Assembly (NCBI GenBank): GCA_034434495.1
Contig: DAOTZE010000034.1
Coordinates: forward strand, 14,032 to 78,031
DNA length: 64,000 nt
From: Anaerolineales bacterium
Lineage (GTDB): Bacteria; Chloroflexota; Anaerolineae; Anaerolineales; Villigracilaceae
Direction: 5' to 3'
The notes under the pieces are model-generated. The model did no database searches and was not told the origin of the DNA. It was given only the letters and a program-made list of their open reading frames with translations. Both the position numbers and the translations under genes were made by a program. Shown here in pieces: positions 28,357 to 37,366 of this stretch. Positions within the stretch are counted from its first letter, which is position 1. The number at the start of each line of letters is the position of its first letter.

Positions 28357-29220
28357 TTAGCGAAGCCAAAAAGTTAATGTCAAAAAATATACGGTTAATC
28401 CAAATAATATCAAAGCGGTGGATGTTAATAATTTCCAATTGGGCGGGTTTCCGTTGGCAATAGCGCGGATTTGAATGATTTGAAAAATTGCAAACGGCAG
28501 CGTGAGAAACGACGCCCAGATTAAGTTAAATGAAAAGCCAAATAACGGCATGAGCGCAAATACGGAATATGCAAAGACAATGAGGCTGTGATGCAACGGC
28601 ACGGCTCTTTGCCATGTAAGCAAACGCAGCATAGTGTTGCGCTCATATTTTGAGTCTTCGGCGAAGGCGGCGAAGTTGATCATTAGGAAATAAGTCAAGG
28701 CTAACGCCGTGAGCGGGATTGTTAATATGATAAGCAAACGATGCAGTTCGCCTGTTTGTAAAACAAAAGCAAGCGCGGGAACAAGATATGCAATTTGAAA
28801 AGATAAAAGCAATTCGCCAAAGCCGCGATTGACGAAGCGAAATGGCGGGACTGCATAAAGCACGACAAAGGCAAGAAGTAAGATAAATGGGAATATGGGA
28901 GGTTGGTAATTAACGATAAGTAAATAAGCAAGCGTGATAGACGTAGAAATTAAAGCAACGGAAACGTAGAGTAGATTATTCCTTAATACTTCTTTCTTCG
29001 CCGGCGTTTCATTTTCTATTAACGGTTCATTGTGCGGGCGAAACGTTTCGGATAAAAAGTTCATGCTCAGTTGCGCGAAGAGAATGACGACCAAGCCAAG
29101 TATGAATGGTATCGCTTGGAATGGTTCGCCAAGATAGGCAGGGATGCTTGAGCCGAGAAAGTAGGTCAAGGAGGCGAGAAGGAGTGTGAGGGGTTTGGAA
29201 AGTTTTATAAAAGAAGTCAT
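28357..29220 (-). CDS. Polytopic membrane protein, UbiA-prenyltransferase-like with degenerate Asp-rich motifs
   Basis: 287 aa with about 8-9 TM helices. NFLSETF sits where UbiA enzymes have NDxxD, and EDSKYERNT resembles a degenerate second motif. The assignment is tentative. Confidence 0.35.
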   Translation of the reverse strand: MTSFIKLSKPLTLLLASLTYFLGSSIPAYLGEPFQAIPFILGLVVILFAQLSMNFLSETFRPHNEPLIENETPAKKEVLRNNLLYVSVALISTSITLAYLLIVNYQPPIFPFILLLAFVVLYAVPPFRFVNRGFGELLLSFQIAYLVPALAFVLQTGELHRLLIILTIPLTALALTYFLMINFAAFAEDSKYERNTMLRLLTWQRAVPLHHSLIVFAYSVFALMPLFGFSFNLIWASFLTLPFAIFQIIQIRAIANGNPPNWKLLTSTALILFGLTVYFLTLTFWLR

Positions 29221-29306
29221 AGTGAGTGGTGAATGGTGAATAGTGAGTAGTGAATGGTGAATAGTGAGTAGTGAGTAGTGAATAGTGAGTAGTGAATAGT
29301 GAGTAG
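29221..29306. repeat. Heptanucleotide tandem array (AGTGA[A/G]T / GGTGAAT), about 12 units
   Basis: AGTGAGT GGTGAAT GGTGAAT AGTGAGT AGTGAAT GGTGAAT AGTGAGT AGTGAGT AGTGAAT AGTGAGT AGTGAAT AGTGAGT. It fills the whole intergenic gap from the upstream stop (29307) to the ATG (29220). Confidence 0.9.
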
Positions 29307-30425
29307 TTAGTTGTTAATAGTTTTAGAAAGATATTCTTCTAATCTTTGTGCAGCCTGTGGAAGATTTTTTCTTCCGAGACCTAAGCGAAAGTTATTGCTT
29401 TCTTCCCCATACATAGACGCAGGTAAAAGCAAAACTCCAGCCTGCTTGACCAAGTCATCACAAAATTCTTCAACATTTCCTTTTAGCAATTTTGGAAATC
29501 CCATTGAACCTGCTTGTGGACGAACCCAAGTGAAGAGGTCAGAATGACGCGTGAAAAGTTCATCAATAACTTCTAAATTACTTTTTATAATTCCGACATT
29601 GCGAGCAATTAATTTATGGCGATGACGAAGCGCAACTTCAGCAAGAAATTCGCTCGGAGCAGAATTACAAATGGTTGTGTAATCTTTCAAGCCTGCCATT
29701 GCGTCATATATTTTCTTATTCTTCGTCGCAACCCAACCAATTCGCAAACCTGCCAGCCCATACGTTTTTGATGTCACGCCCAATGAAATAGCATTTTCGT
29801 TAATGTCACATGCGGCGGGCAGACGTTGCGTCGCATCATATTCAGATTCTCGATAAACTTCGTCTGAAAACAGCAAAATATTTTTTTCTTGCGCAATTTG
29901 ATTGACCGCTTCAAAATCCGCGCGAGACATTAAATATCCTGTCGGGTTATGCGGCGTATTGATAATGATGGCTTTGGTATTGAGTTGAATCTGGCTTTTC
30001 AGTTCATCCAAATCCAATCTCCAGCCGTTTTCTTCACGCGCTTGCCAATTGCAAATTTCACAGCCAAGTGATTTTGCCACTTCGCTCAACGATTGATAAT
30101 GCGGCGTATGCACAATGACGTGGTCATTTTTTGTCAGAGCCGCGTGCATGAAGAGATAAATCGCTTCTTCCGCACCTGCAAATGTGATGACATCTTCAAC
30201 ATTTATTTTGCTATAAATTTTTGCAATCTCATTCCGCAGCGATGGACTGCCTAACGATTCAGTGTATCCCAGCCAAACATGTTGAAATTTCTCCGCCGCG
30301 CCTTCTTCCAATGCGAGCAATTCGGAAATCGGCATGGCTTCACAATCTGAAGAACACAGAGTAAATTCTGTGTTGAATTCATATTTGGCAAAATAGCGTT
30401 CGAGTTTGAAGGGGCTTAAGGTCAT
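29307..30425 (-). CDS. Class I/II PLP-dependent aminotransferase
   Basis: LERYFAKYEF N-terminus and SKTYGLAGLRIGW (PLP Lys region). The likely ATG (MTLSPFK) is at 30425; the track extension reads through repeat sequence. Confidence 0.8.
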   Translation of the reverse strand: MTLSPFKLERYFAKYEFNTEFTLCSSDCEAMPISELLALEEGAAEKFQHVWLGYTESLGSPSLRNEIAKIYSKINVEDVITFAGAEEAIYLFMHAALTKNDHVIVHTPHYQSLSEVAKSLGCEICNWQAREENGWRLDLDELKSQIQLNTKAIIINTPHNPTGYLMSRADFEAVNQIAQEKNILLFSDEVYRESEYDATQRLPAACDINENAISLGVTSKTYGLAGLRIGWVATKNKKIYDAMAGLKDYTTICNSAPSEFLAEVALRHRHKLIARNVGIIKSNLEVIDELFTRHSDLFTWVRPQAGSMGFPKLLKGNVEEFCDDLVKQAGVLLLPASMYGEESNNFRLGLGRKNLPQAAQRLEEYLSKTINN

Positions 30426-30455
30426 AGGGAATAGGTCATAGGGAATAGGGAATTG
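30426..30455. repeat. Heptamer repeats abutting the aminotransferase start
   Basis: AGGGAAT AGGTCAT AGGGAAT AGGGAAT TG. Confidence 0.7.
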
Positions 30456-30480
30456 TTTATTTGCGCACATGTTTACTTAA

Positions 30481-30951
30481 TTACTTCATTGCTCTTTTCA
30501 CATCACGATAATGATTCATGTGATGAATGTATAACATTTTAATCATTTCACGAAGGATAGACTCGCCTAAGAATGGATGCCTGCCTTTAATTTCGAGCTC
30601 TTCGTCTTTTAATCCTAAAACCCAAGCAACCGACTCGGCGCGCGCTTGTTTGTACTGCTCTAATAATTCGGCGGGCGTTAGGTCTTTTGTCTTTTGCTGT
30701 TGCGCGGCATTGTATCGGTCAATCGAAAAATCTTCGGATGCGCCCTCGCCCGTCGTTCTAATGCGCTCAAATAATTTAAGCAAGCCGCGTTCCGATGTCA
30801 CAAAATGCGAAAGCACATTTCGCAACGTCCATGTTTCGCCTTCGGTATAAACGCTCACGTTCCATTGTTCCTCCGTCAAGTTAGAGAAAAACGCAAACAT
30901 CTTTTCTCCTTCAGATTTTAATTTTTCAGCGAGTTCGGTTGTTTCAGACAT
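30481..30951 (-). CDS. DinB-superfamily (DinB_2-like) protein
   Basis: 156-aa four-helix-bundle-like ORF with His residues spaced as in the DinB family (LSHFVTSE ... HHMNHYRD). Confidence 0.6.
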   Translation of the reverse strand: MSETTELAEKLKSEGEKMFAFFSNLTEEQWNVSVYTEGETWTLRNVLSHFVTSERGLLKLFERIRTTGEGASEDFSIDRYNAAQQQKTKDLTPAELLEQYKQARAESVAWVLGLKDEELEIKGRHPFLGESILREMIKMLYIHHMNHYRDVKRAMK

Positions 30952-30973
30952 TGGCTAATCTCCAATCTTTGTT

Positions 30974-31047
30974 GATTGATGAATGACCGCAGACGGTGGA
31001 CGATAGACAGTAAAACAAAAAACGGTCTACGGTCTTTCGTCTATGGT
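30974..31047. repeat. Palindromic GAC/GTC heptamer-periodic element
   Basis: GATTGAT GAATGAC CGCAGAC GGTGGAC GATAGAC AGTAAAA CAAAAAA CGGTCTA CGGTCTT TCGTCTA TGGTTAC. Its right arm encodes the last residues (TIDERP) and the stop of the 31027-32664 gene. Confidence 0.75.
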
Positions 31048-32664
31048 TACTTCCGCATAATTAATAGAACGCTTGCCAGTTGTCGGATAAAAATAATTTC
31101 TAAATTGAGAAATTTGCACAATCAAACGTTTGCTATCTTCAAAATCGGGACGAACATAATAATAATGCGTGTCGTACGGGCTATCGCCAAACACAGCGGC
31201 AAGGACATAACCGTTTTCTTCGGCGTATGTTTTTAACAAAATCGTCATACTAAACCAACGCTGGCGCAAATTTTCTTCGGTTAATTTTGGCGGCACAAGC
31301 GGCGAATAATAATCATGAAACATAATAATATGCGGTTTATATCTATCTAAATATTCTTTGGTTATGCCGCCATTGTGTGCAATAAACTGGTCGTTTAGCC
31401 CCCAAGTATCAATCGCCGCCCAGCCCGAATAATACGGCAACAACCCCGCTTCGGTGGTCGCAATCACATATCCCTTATCGCGATAATCCGCCAACATGCG
31501 CGCCATTTCCAAACGCCCATCGCGTTCATACGGTCGGTCGCACGTTTGTTGATACAAAATCAAATGGCAATTTTGATACCACGAATAAAAGACAAGAGTC
31601 GCAGACAAAACTATTAATGAAATAAAGACCGCGCTTCGCTCTCGCAGGGAAATCTGATTCTGCTTTTCGACATTTATTTTACCGACAAGCGGAATCCACG
31701 ACATGAGCGCGATGGGAACGGTTGCATATTGAAAACGCGCGCCAAAATTCATTTCATCCGAAACCAAGCCAAACGCAGAAGCAAAACCGATTATAGGAAT
31801 TAAATAAGCAAGCGCAAGTTTGGTCGTCTCTTTATTACGAAAGGCATAAATAAACGCAAATAAAACAGGCAAAGATAATCGTAATGTATTGCCTAATGAA
31901 ACCCAAAAGGTAGCCCACTTCCAGCCGCCATCGCCTTTTTTATAAAACGGATTCGGCAATGGGTAGCCGAAATAATCCCAGCGCCATAAAAAGTATGCGC
32001 CGCCTAAGGTTAAGAAGACAATTCCAAATGTGGCAATAATTGAAATTGAATTTTTGAGTCCACGCATGACGATGATTGATAACAACATCAAACACGCCAG
32101 AATGACTCCTTCGGGGCGAATGAGCCCAGTGATGAGCCCGCTGAAAGAGAAAGCGAGAATCAGCCACAGGCTAGGATTCTGTCGCTTCATCAGTAACAGG
32201 CTGAAGGTCCAAGTTGAAGCGGCAGCCAGGGCGAAGAATGGAGTCCCGAAGTAGGCTGATACATAAGAGAATCCAGTTCCGGCTGCGAAATATAATCCGC
32301 TTAAAAATGAAAAGGGAATATTGCCGTTATGAATTTTTCGGTTTGTGAAATAAATGATGAGAATAGTAAGCAAATGCGAAACAAAACCAATGCCGCGCAC
32401 AGCCTGCCCCACCGTAAAACCAAGTTTAATTAATGCGGCGGCGACGGCCATGAATAGAAAATCAGTCGCGCCATCCACAGGCGCTTCGCCAATGTTCCAC
32501 ACAATGCCATGACCGTTTGCAAGATGCTGCGAGTAACGCATTATCATGGCGGCGTCTTCAAATGGAGGGATAGACGAATCGATAAAGTTGGAGAAGTAGT
32601 AGAGACTTAAGATAATTAGAAAAATAGAGAATAGGAGGTCGGGGGAAAGTTTTTTGAAGTTCAT
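31027..32664 (-). CDS. Large polytopic membrane protein, GT-C-fold glycosyltransferase-like
   Basis: 545 aa with about 11-12 TM helices. The first-loop motif FEDAAMIMRYSQHLANGHGIVWN..GEAPVDGATDFLF resembles the DDAxIxxRYAxNLxxGxGxVxN motif of arabinosyl/mannosyl-type GT-C proteins. It also has a C-terminal soluble domain. Confidence 0.45.
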   Translation of the reverse strand: MNFKKLSPDLLFSIFLIILSLYYFSNFIDSSIPPFEDAAMIMRYSQHLANGHGIVWNIGEAPVDGATDFLFMAVAAALIKLGFTVGQAVRGIGFVSHLLTILIIYFTNRKIHNGNIPFSFLSGLYFAAGTGFSYVSAYFGTPFFALAAASTWTFSLLLMKRQNPSLWLILAFSFSGLITGLIRPEGVILACLMLLSIIVMRGLKNSISIIATFGIVFLTLGGAYFLWRWDYFGYPLPNPFYKKGDGGWKWATFWVSLGNTLRLSLPVLFAFIYAFRNKETTKLALAYLIPIIGFASAFGLVSDEMNFGARFQYATVPIALMSWIPLVGKINVEKQNQISLRERSAVFISLIVLSATLVFYSWYQNCHLILYQQTCDRPYERDGRLEMARMLADYRDKGYVIATTEAGLLPYYSGWAAIDTWGLNDQFIAHNGGITKEYLDRYKPHIIMFHDYYSPLVPPKLTEENLRQRWFSMTILLKTYAEENGYVLAAVFGDSPYDTHYYYVRPDFEDSKRLIVQISQFRNYFYPTTGKRSINYAEVTIDERP

Positions 32665-32779
32665 GGTGAATGGTGAATAGTGGATAGTGAATAGTAGATA
32701 GTGAATAGGTAATAGTGAGTGGGGAGTAGAAAGCGTTTATCGTCTAAGGTCTAAAGTCTAAGGTCTAAGGTCTAAGGTC
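32665..32779. repeat. Two adjacent heptanucleotide tandem arrays: (GGTGAAT/AGTGAAT)n and (GTCTAAG)5
   Basis: 32665-32727 reads GGTGAAT GGTGAAT AGTGGAT AGTGAAT AGTAGAT AGTGAAT AGGTAAT AGTGAGT and starts right after ATG 32664. 32742-32779 reads GTCTAAG GTCTAAA GTCTAAG GTCTAAG GTCTAAG GTC and overlaps the SDR stop codon. Confidence 0.9.
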
Positions 32780-33497
32780 AAATTAAGGAATAGCCGCCAT
32801 CTACAACAAGTGTGTGACCAGTAATATACTCGTTTTTGATTAGAAATTCGAGAGAAGATATCAGTTCGTCTAACCTAGCGGCGCGTTTGAGCGGAAGTTT
32901 ATCTACAAGTTTATTCCATGTTTCTTCATTGACAACATCAGACGGCAAAACTAAACCTGGCGCAATGGCATTGACTCGAATGGTTGGGGCAAAGGCTCTG
33001 GCTAAAATTTTTGTCAAAGATTCTAAACCCGCCTTGCTAACTGTATAAGACGGATAGCGACTCCATGTTTTGTTTGCGCCAATATCAGTGATGTTGACAA
33101 TTAATCCGCCACTCGTCATTCGCTTGGCGGCGTGTTGTGAAATTAAAAACGGCGCACGCAGATTTAAGTCAACCGCATTATTCCAATCTTTTAATTCAAG
33201 TTCAGCCGCTTTGCCAACGGGCATCACCGCCGCAGAGTTGACCACGACTCTTAAGGGTTGTTTGAATTCATCTACCAGTGAAAATAAAAATTCAATTTTT
33301 TCTGGTTTGGTTAAGTCGGCGCGGATGGGAATGCAATCTACGCCCAAAGCGCGAATTTCTTTGACGGTTTTTTTGGCTTCGTCTGCCGAGCCGCGATAAT
33401 GCAAAGCAATTGAATATCCCATGCTTGCAAGGGATAACGCAAAGGCTTTGCCAAGTCTATGGGCGGCGCCAGTCACGAGGGCGAGGGAGGAGGTCAT
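32778..33497 (-). CDS. SDR-family oxidoreductase
   Basis: TGAAHRLG cofactor motif, NSAA, and the catalytic YTVSK (YxxxK). Confidence 0.85.
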   Translation of the reverse strand: MTSSLALVTGAAHRLGKAFALSLASMGYSIALHYRGSADEAKKTVKEIRALGVDCIPIRADLTKPEKIEFLFSLVDEFKQPLRVVVNSAAVMPVGKAAELELKDWNNAVDLNLRAPFLISQHAAKRMTSGGLIVNITDIGANKTWSRYPSYTVSKAGLESLTKILARAFAPTIRVNAIAPGLVLPSDVVNEETWNKLVDKLPLKRAARLDELISSLEFLIKNEYITGHTLVVDGGYSLI

Positions 33498-33655
33498 AAG
33501 GGAATTCGCAATTAGAGGACTAGGGAATTGTAATTGATGTTTAGGAAGTTATTATATAAGATTGCATAAAGCGTGCATAAAATTACCAACAAGAGTATAA
33601 TCTCTCCCGCGCCAGCCATAGGCTGGCATTTTCGTGGATGGAGAACTCTTAACGC

Positions 33656-35017
33656 ATGATTCGTAACTTAACCAATCGTATTATTCTCATTGTGGCTGTG
33701 GTCGCCTTGGCTGTGTGGGTAGACCTGAGCCATCAAATTGAAATCCCTAACCCGTTGAGCGCTAGCAACGAACTGCTGTTTTCAAGGAACGTTGAACCGC
33801 GACTCGGATTAGATTTGCAAGGCGGGTTACAAGTGTTGCTTGAAGCCGATATTCCTGCAGAACAAAGCATAGACGCCGCGTCAATGGACGTTGCCCGTCA
33901 AATTGTGCAACAACGCACCGACGCTTTAGGCGTGAACGAAAATGTAATTACCGTGGCAGGCGACCGCCGCATTGTAGGAGAATTCCCAGGTTTGGAAGAT
34001 GCCGAATCGGTTTTGGCGACGATTCAACAAACAGGTCTGCTTGAATTTGTAGATACGGGCGACTACTACCCGCAAGTGGGCGAAGTTTTACTAACCGATT
34101 ACAGCGCCACAGGCGAAACCACAGAAGCGGCAGAAGGCGAAACGGTGTATCACACCATTTTCACGGGCTCCGAAATTGACTCGGTGAGCGTTGGGCAAGA
34201 CCCTCTCACTAGTGAATACTTAATTAATTTCATCCTAAAACCAACCGGCGCGCAAATTTTTGGCGATTACACCGCCGCCAATGTCGGCAGACCTCTCACC
34301 ATTACCCTTGATAAACAAGTCATTTCCTCTCCAATTATTCAAGATGCAATTTACGGCGGGCAAGGCTCTATCAGCGGCGATTTTACCTATGAGGAAGCCA
34401 ATGCGTTTGCTATTCAACTTCGGTATGGCTCATTGCCTGTTCCATTAAAAATTGTAGAAACCCGCATTATTGGTCCAACGCTCGGCGCAGATTCATTAAG
34501 TAAAAGCTTAATGGCGGGTTTAATTGGCATGACGATTGTGGCGTTATTTATGCTCATTTACTATCGCCTGCCCGGAGTGGCTGCTGTATTTTCCATCTTA
34601 ATTTACGCCGCAATTACATTCGCCGTCTTTAAGTGGTTTCATTTCACCCTCACCTTGCCGGGCATTGCAGGTTTCTTACTCAGCACAGGCGCCGCGTTAG
34701 ACGCGAACATCTTAATCTTTGAACGCATGAAAGAAGAATTGCGAAACGGCAAAACGCTGAATCATGCCGTAGACCAAGGCTGGACGCGCGCATGGTCTTC
34801 CATTCGAGACTCAAACCTAGCCGCCCTCATCACCTCTGTTATTCTTTTCTGGTTTGGCTCTGCATTTGGGGCGACCATTGTAAAAGGCTTTTCGCTCACC
34901 CTCGCGCTTGGCGTTATCATCTCGCTATTTACCGCCATTTACGTCACACGCACATTGCTGGTCATTCTCTTACGGGCTTTCAAACCGCAAAATCTTGAAC
35001 GCTGGTTTGGAATTTAA
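33656..35017 (+). CDS. secD: Protein translocase subunit SecD
   Basis: 453 aa with LGLDLQGG, a periplasmic P1 domain and a C-terminal 5-TM bundle containing ALDANILIFERMKEE. Confidence 0.9.
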   Translation: MIRNLTNRIILIVAVVALAVWVDLSHQIEIPNPLSASNELLFSRNVEPRLGLDLQGGLQVLLEADIPAEQSIDAASMDVARQIVQQRTDALGVNENVITVAGDRRIVGEFPGLEDAESVLATIQQTGLLEFVDTGDYYPQVGEVLLTDYSATGETTEAAEGETVYHTIFTGSEIDSVSVGQDPLTSEYLINFILKPTGAQIFGDYTAANVGRPLTITLDKQVISSPIIQDAIYGGQGSISGDFTYEEANAFAIQLRYGSLPVPLKIVETRIIGPTLGADSLSKSLMAGLIGMTIVALFMLIYYRLPGVAAVFSILIYAAITFAVFKWFHFTLTLPGIAGFLLSTGAALDANILIFERMKEELRNGKTLNHAVDQGWTRAWSSIRDSNLAALITSVILFWFGSAFGATIVKGFSLTLALGVIISLFTAIYVTRTLLVILLRAFKPQNLERWFGI

Positions 35018-35093
35018 CCCAGAGACAAACAAAGATAAACAGAGATAAAAATCTTTACGTCTCCGTTTATCTTTCATGAATTAAGGATATAAC

Positions 35094-36011
35094 ATGATTG
35101 ATATTCTCGGCAAACGATACTATTACTTTTTACTCTCGCTTCTTGTCATCATCCCAGGCTTGATATTTCTAGCCATAGACGGTTTACCCCTTTCGATTGA
35201 TTTTACGGGCGGTAGTCTTTTTGAATTGCAATTTACAAACGCAGAAGCGCCAAGCGCCGAAAGCGTTTTTAGGGTTTACGAAGCGAACGGCATTGACGAC
35301 GCGCAAATCACTACAACCGATTCGGGCACGTTCTTAATCCGTTCTTCTTTCTTAACCAACGAAGTCCGCGACCAAATTTTGTCAACGCTTCAAACCGAAA
35401 CAGGCGCCGATATCGCCGTGATTCAATTTGACAGCGTAGGTCCGAGTATTGGAGCGCAAGTCGCCTCGCGCGCTCTTTTAGCCATTGCAGTCGCGGCGTT
35501 AGGCGTGATTATTTACATCAGCGTGGCGTTTCGTAAAGTTGAAAACGCCTTTCGCTATGGCATTTGCGCCGTCATTGCAATGATTCACGACGTAGCGGTC
35601 GTCTTTAGCATAGCGGGTATTGGCGCGCGATATTTTGGCTGGCAAATGGACGCGCTATTCTTAACCGCGCTATTAACCGTCATTGGTTTTTCTGTGCAAG
35701 ATAAAGTCGTAGTCTTCGACCGCATCCGCGAAAACGCAAATGTCTTACGCAGGCTTGAATACGAAAAACTGGTCAATCATTCGATTGTGCAAACCCTGCA
35801 GCGCTCCATCAACACCCAATTAATGACCGTAGAATTTTTACTATTAGCGCTTGCTTTATTCGGCGGGGTGACATTGCAAGAATTTGCCGTTATCTTGTTA
35901 GTGGGCTTGCTAAGCGGAACATACTCATCTATTTTTGTCGCCGCGCCTATTCTTGTTTTGTGGGAAAAAGAAGAATGGCGAACATGGTTTGGCAGAAGCG
36001 CAAACGCATAA
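35094..36011 (+). CDS. secF: Protein translocase subunit SecF
   Basis: 305 aa with SIDFTGGS, a 6-TM pattern, and VVFDRIREN. Confidence 0.9.
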   Translation: MIDILGKRYYYFLLSLLVIIPGLIFLAIDGLPLSIDFTGGSLFELQFTNAEAPSAESVFRVYEANGIDDAQITTTDSGTFLIRSSFLTNEVRDQILSTLQTETGADIAVIQFDSVGPSIGAQVASRALLAIAVAALGVIIYISVAFRKVENAFRYGICAVIAMIHDVAVVFSIAGIGARYFGWQMDALFLTALLTVIGFSVQDKVVVFDRIRENANVLRRLEYEKLVNHSIVQTLQRSINTQLMTVEFLLLALALFGGVTLQEFAVILLVGLLSGTYSSIFVAAPILVLWEKEEWRTWFGRSANA

Positions 36012-36023
36012 ATGATTTGAACG

Positions 36024-36053
36024 CCCCCCGCCCTCTTCGGCGGGGCTTTTTTT
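36024..36053 (+). terminator. Rho-independent terminator after secF
   Basis: CCCCGCC ctcttc GGCGGGG followed by CTTTTTTT. Confidence 0.85.
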
Positions 36054-36082
36054 ATCGTCAAGTGCGGCGAAAGGCAATTAAA

Positions 36083-37366
36083 TTAAAAAGCAAAACAAAA
36101 AACAAAATCATTGACATTTGTGCCTGTGGGATTTGTTTTGATTAAATCGCCCAGCGGATAAAAAAAATGATACGCATCGTTTCTGAACTTGTAATCTGCC
36201 GCCGCCAACCCAAGCGCCTCAGCCCGTGCGGCGGTTTCGCCTGTCGCCACAGCGCCTGCCGCGTCTGTTGGTCCATCTTCGCCATCGCTAGCGATGGAAA
36301 TGAGCATGACATTTTCCAAGCCCGATAGTTCATCCACAGCCGCTAATACGAGTTCTTGATTCCGCCCGCCTTTGCCTTCCCCACTGATTGTGACAGTCGC
36401 TTCGCCCCCAGCCAACAAGCAAAAGGGGCGCGGCATGGTTTGCAAAGCGGTTTTGAACCGTTTTGCAATTTCTACTCCCGCCTCGCTGGCTTCGCCTTGT
36501 AGTCTGTTATTGATAATTTTTACTTGGCTTTCTCCCCATATCTTACTGATTTGGCTACGCGCAAAATCTAAAGCGGTGGAATTGCCCGCGATAATTCTGT
36601 TTTCTACTCGCTCAAACAGCGGGTTATCCGCTTTTAGGGTTTCTTTCCATGCGTAAATTTTATTGCCGAGTTTGTATTTACTCAAAATCTGCATCGCATC
36701 TTCTTTTGTCGTTGAGTCTGGCGCGGTAATTCCTGAAGCAATCGCCTCCAATGAATCGCCGACCACGTCTGAAAGAATTAAACTAATAATCTTCGCGCCA
36801 TTTGCCAGTTGAATCAATCCCCCGCCTTTTAATTCATCCAAATGCCTTCGGATTGTGTTTATTTCGTCTATACTTGCACCCGATTTTAACAATGCGGCGG
36901 TGAGGCGTTGCAATTCATCTAATGGTATGGTGGGCGCAGTCAGTAATGCCGAGCCGCCGCCTGAGATTAAGCAAATTAGCAAATCGTCTTTTTTCAAGCG
37001 CGATACAAATTTTTTTGCCTCAACGCCCGCTTGCAGGCTCAATCTGTTGGGGATGGGATGACCGCCCAATAAAACAGCAGCAGGCTGAAAGTTAGGTTGC
37101 GAAGCGTGTTTGGTAACAATAAGCGAGTCGGTTAATGAAATTTCATCCGCAATGGCGTGGGTCATCGCCAACGCCGCTTTTCCTAATCCAAAAGCAAATA
37201 GCCGCTTTGCGGCGGGAATATCATGTTTCTGTAAATGTGTTTTTACAACATAATATGGGCGAACGGAATCAAACGTAGAAGCAAGGACTTGTTGAATAAA
37301 GTCACGGTGAGGGTGGCGGCGAATAGAAAAGCAATCAAAACGCGCGGGGTTAAATTTTTGGGTCAT
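36083..37366 (-). CDS. Glycerate 2-kinase / hydroxypyruvate reductase-like (DUF4147 + MOFRL)
   Basis: 427 aa with GLGKAALAM, SGGGSALL, LLAGGEATVT and GKGGRNQE motifs. Confidence 0.8.
   Translation of the reverse strand: MTQKFNPARFDCFSIRRHPHRDFIQQVLASTFDSVRPYYVVKTHLQKHDIPAAKRLFAFGLGKAALAMTHAIADEISLTDSLIVTKHASQPNFQPAAVLLGGHPIPNRLSLQAGVEAKKFVSRLKKDDLLICLISGGGSALLTAPTIPLDELQRLTAALLKSGASIDEINTIRRHLDELKGGGLIQLANGAKIISLILSDVVGDSLEAIASGITAPDSTTKEDAMQILSKYKLGNKIYAWKETLKADNPLFERVENRIIAGNSTALDFARSQISKIWGESQVKIINNRLQGEASEAGVEIAKRFKTALQTMPRPFCLLAGGEATVTISGEGKGGRNQELVLAAVDELSGLENVMLISIASDGEDGPTDAAGAVATGETAARAEALGLAAADYKFRNDAYHFFYPLGDLIKTNPTGTNVNDFVFCFAF

Noticed and set aside
29221-32779. Possibility that the tandem repeat arrays are CRISPR arrays.
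   Set aside because: The units are only 7 nt and directly tandem, without spacers. No cas genes are present in the window.
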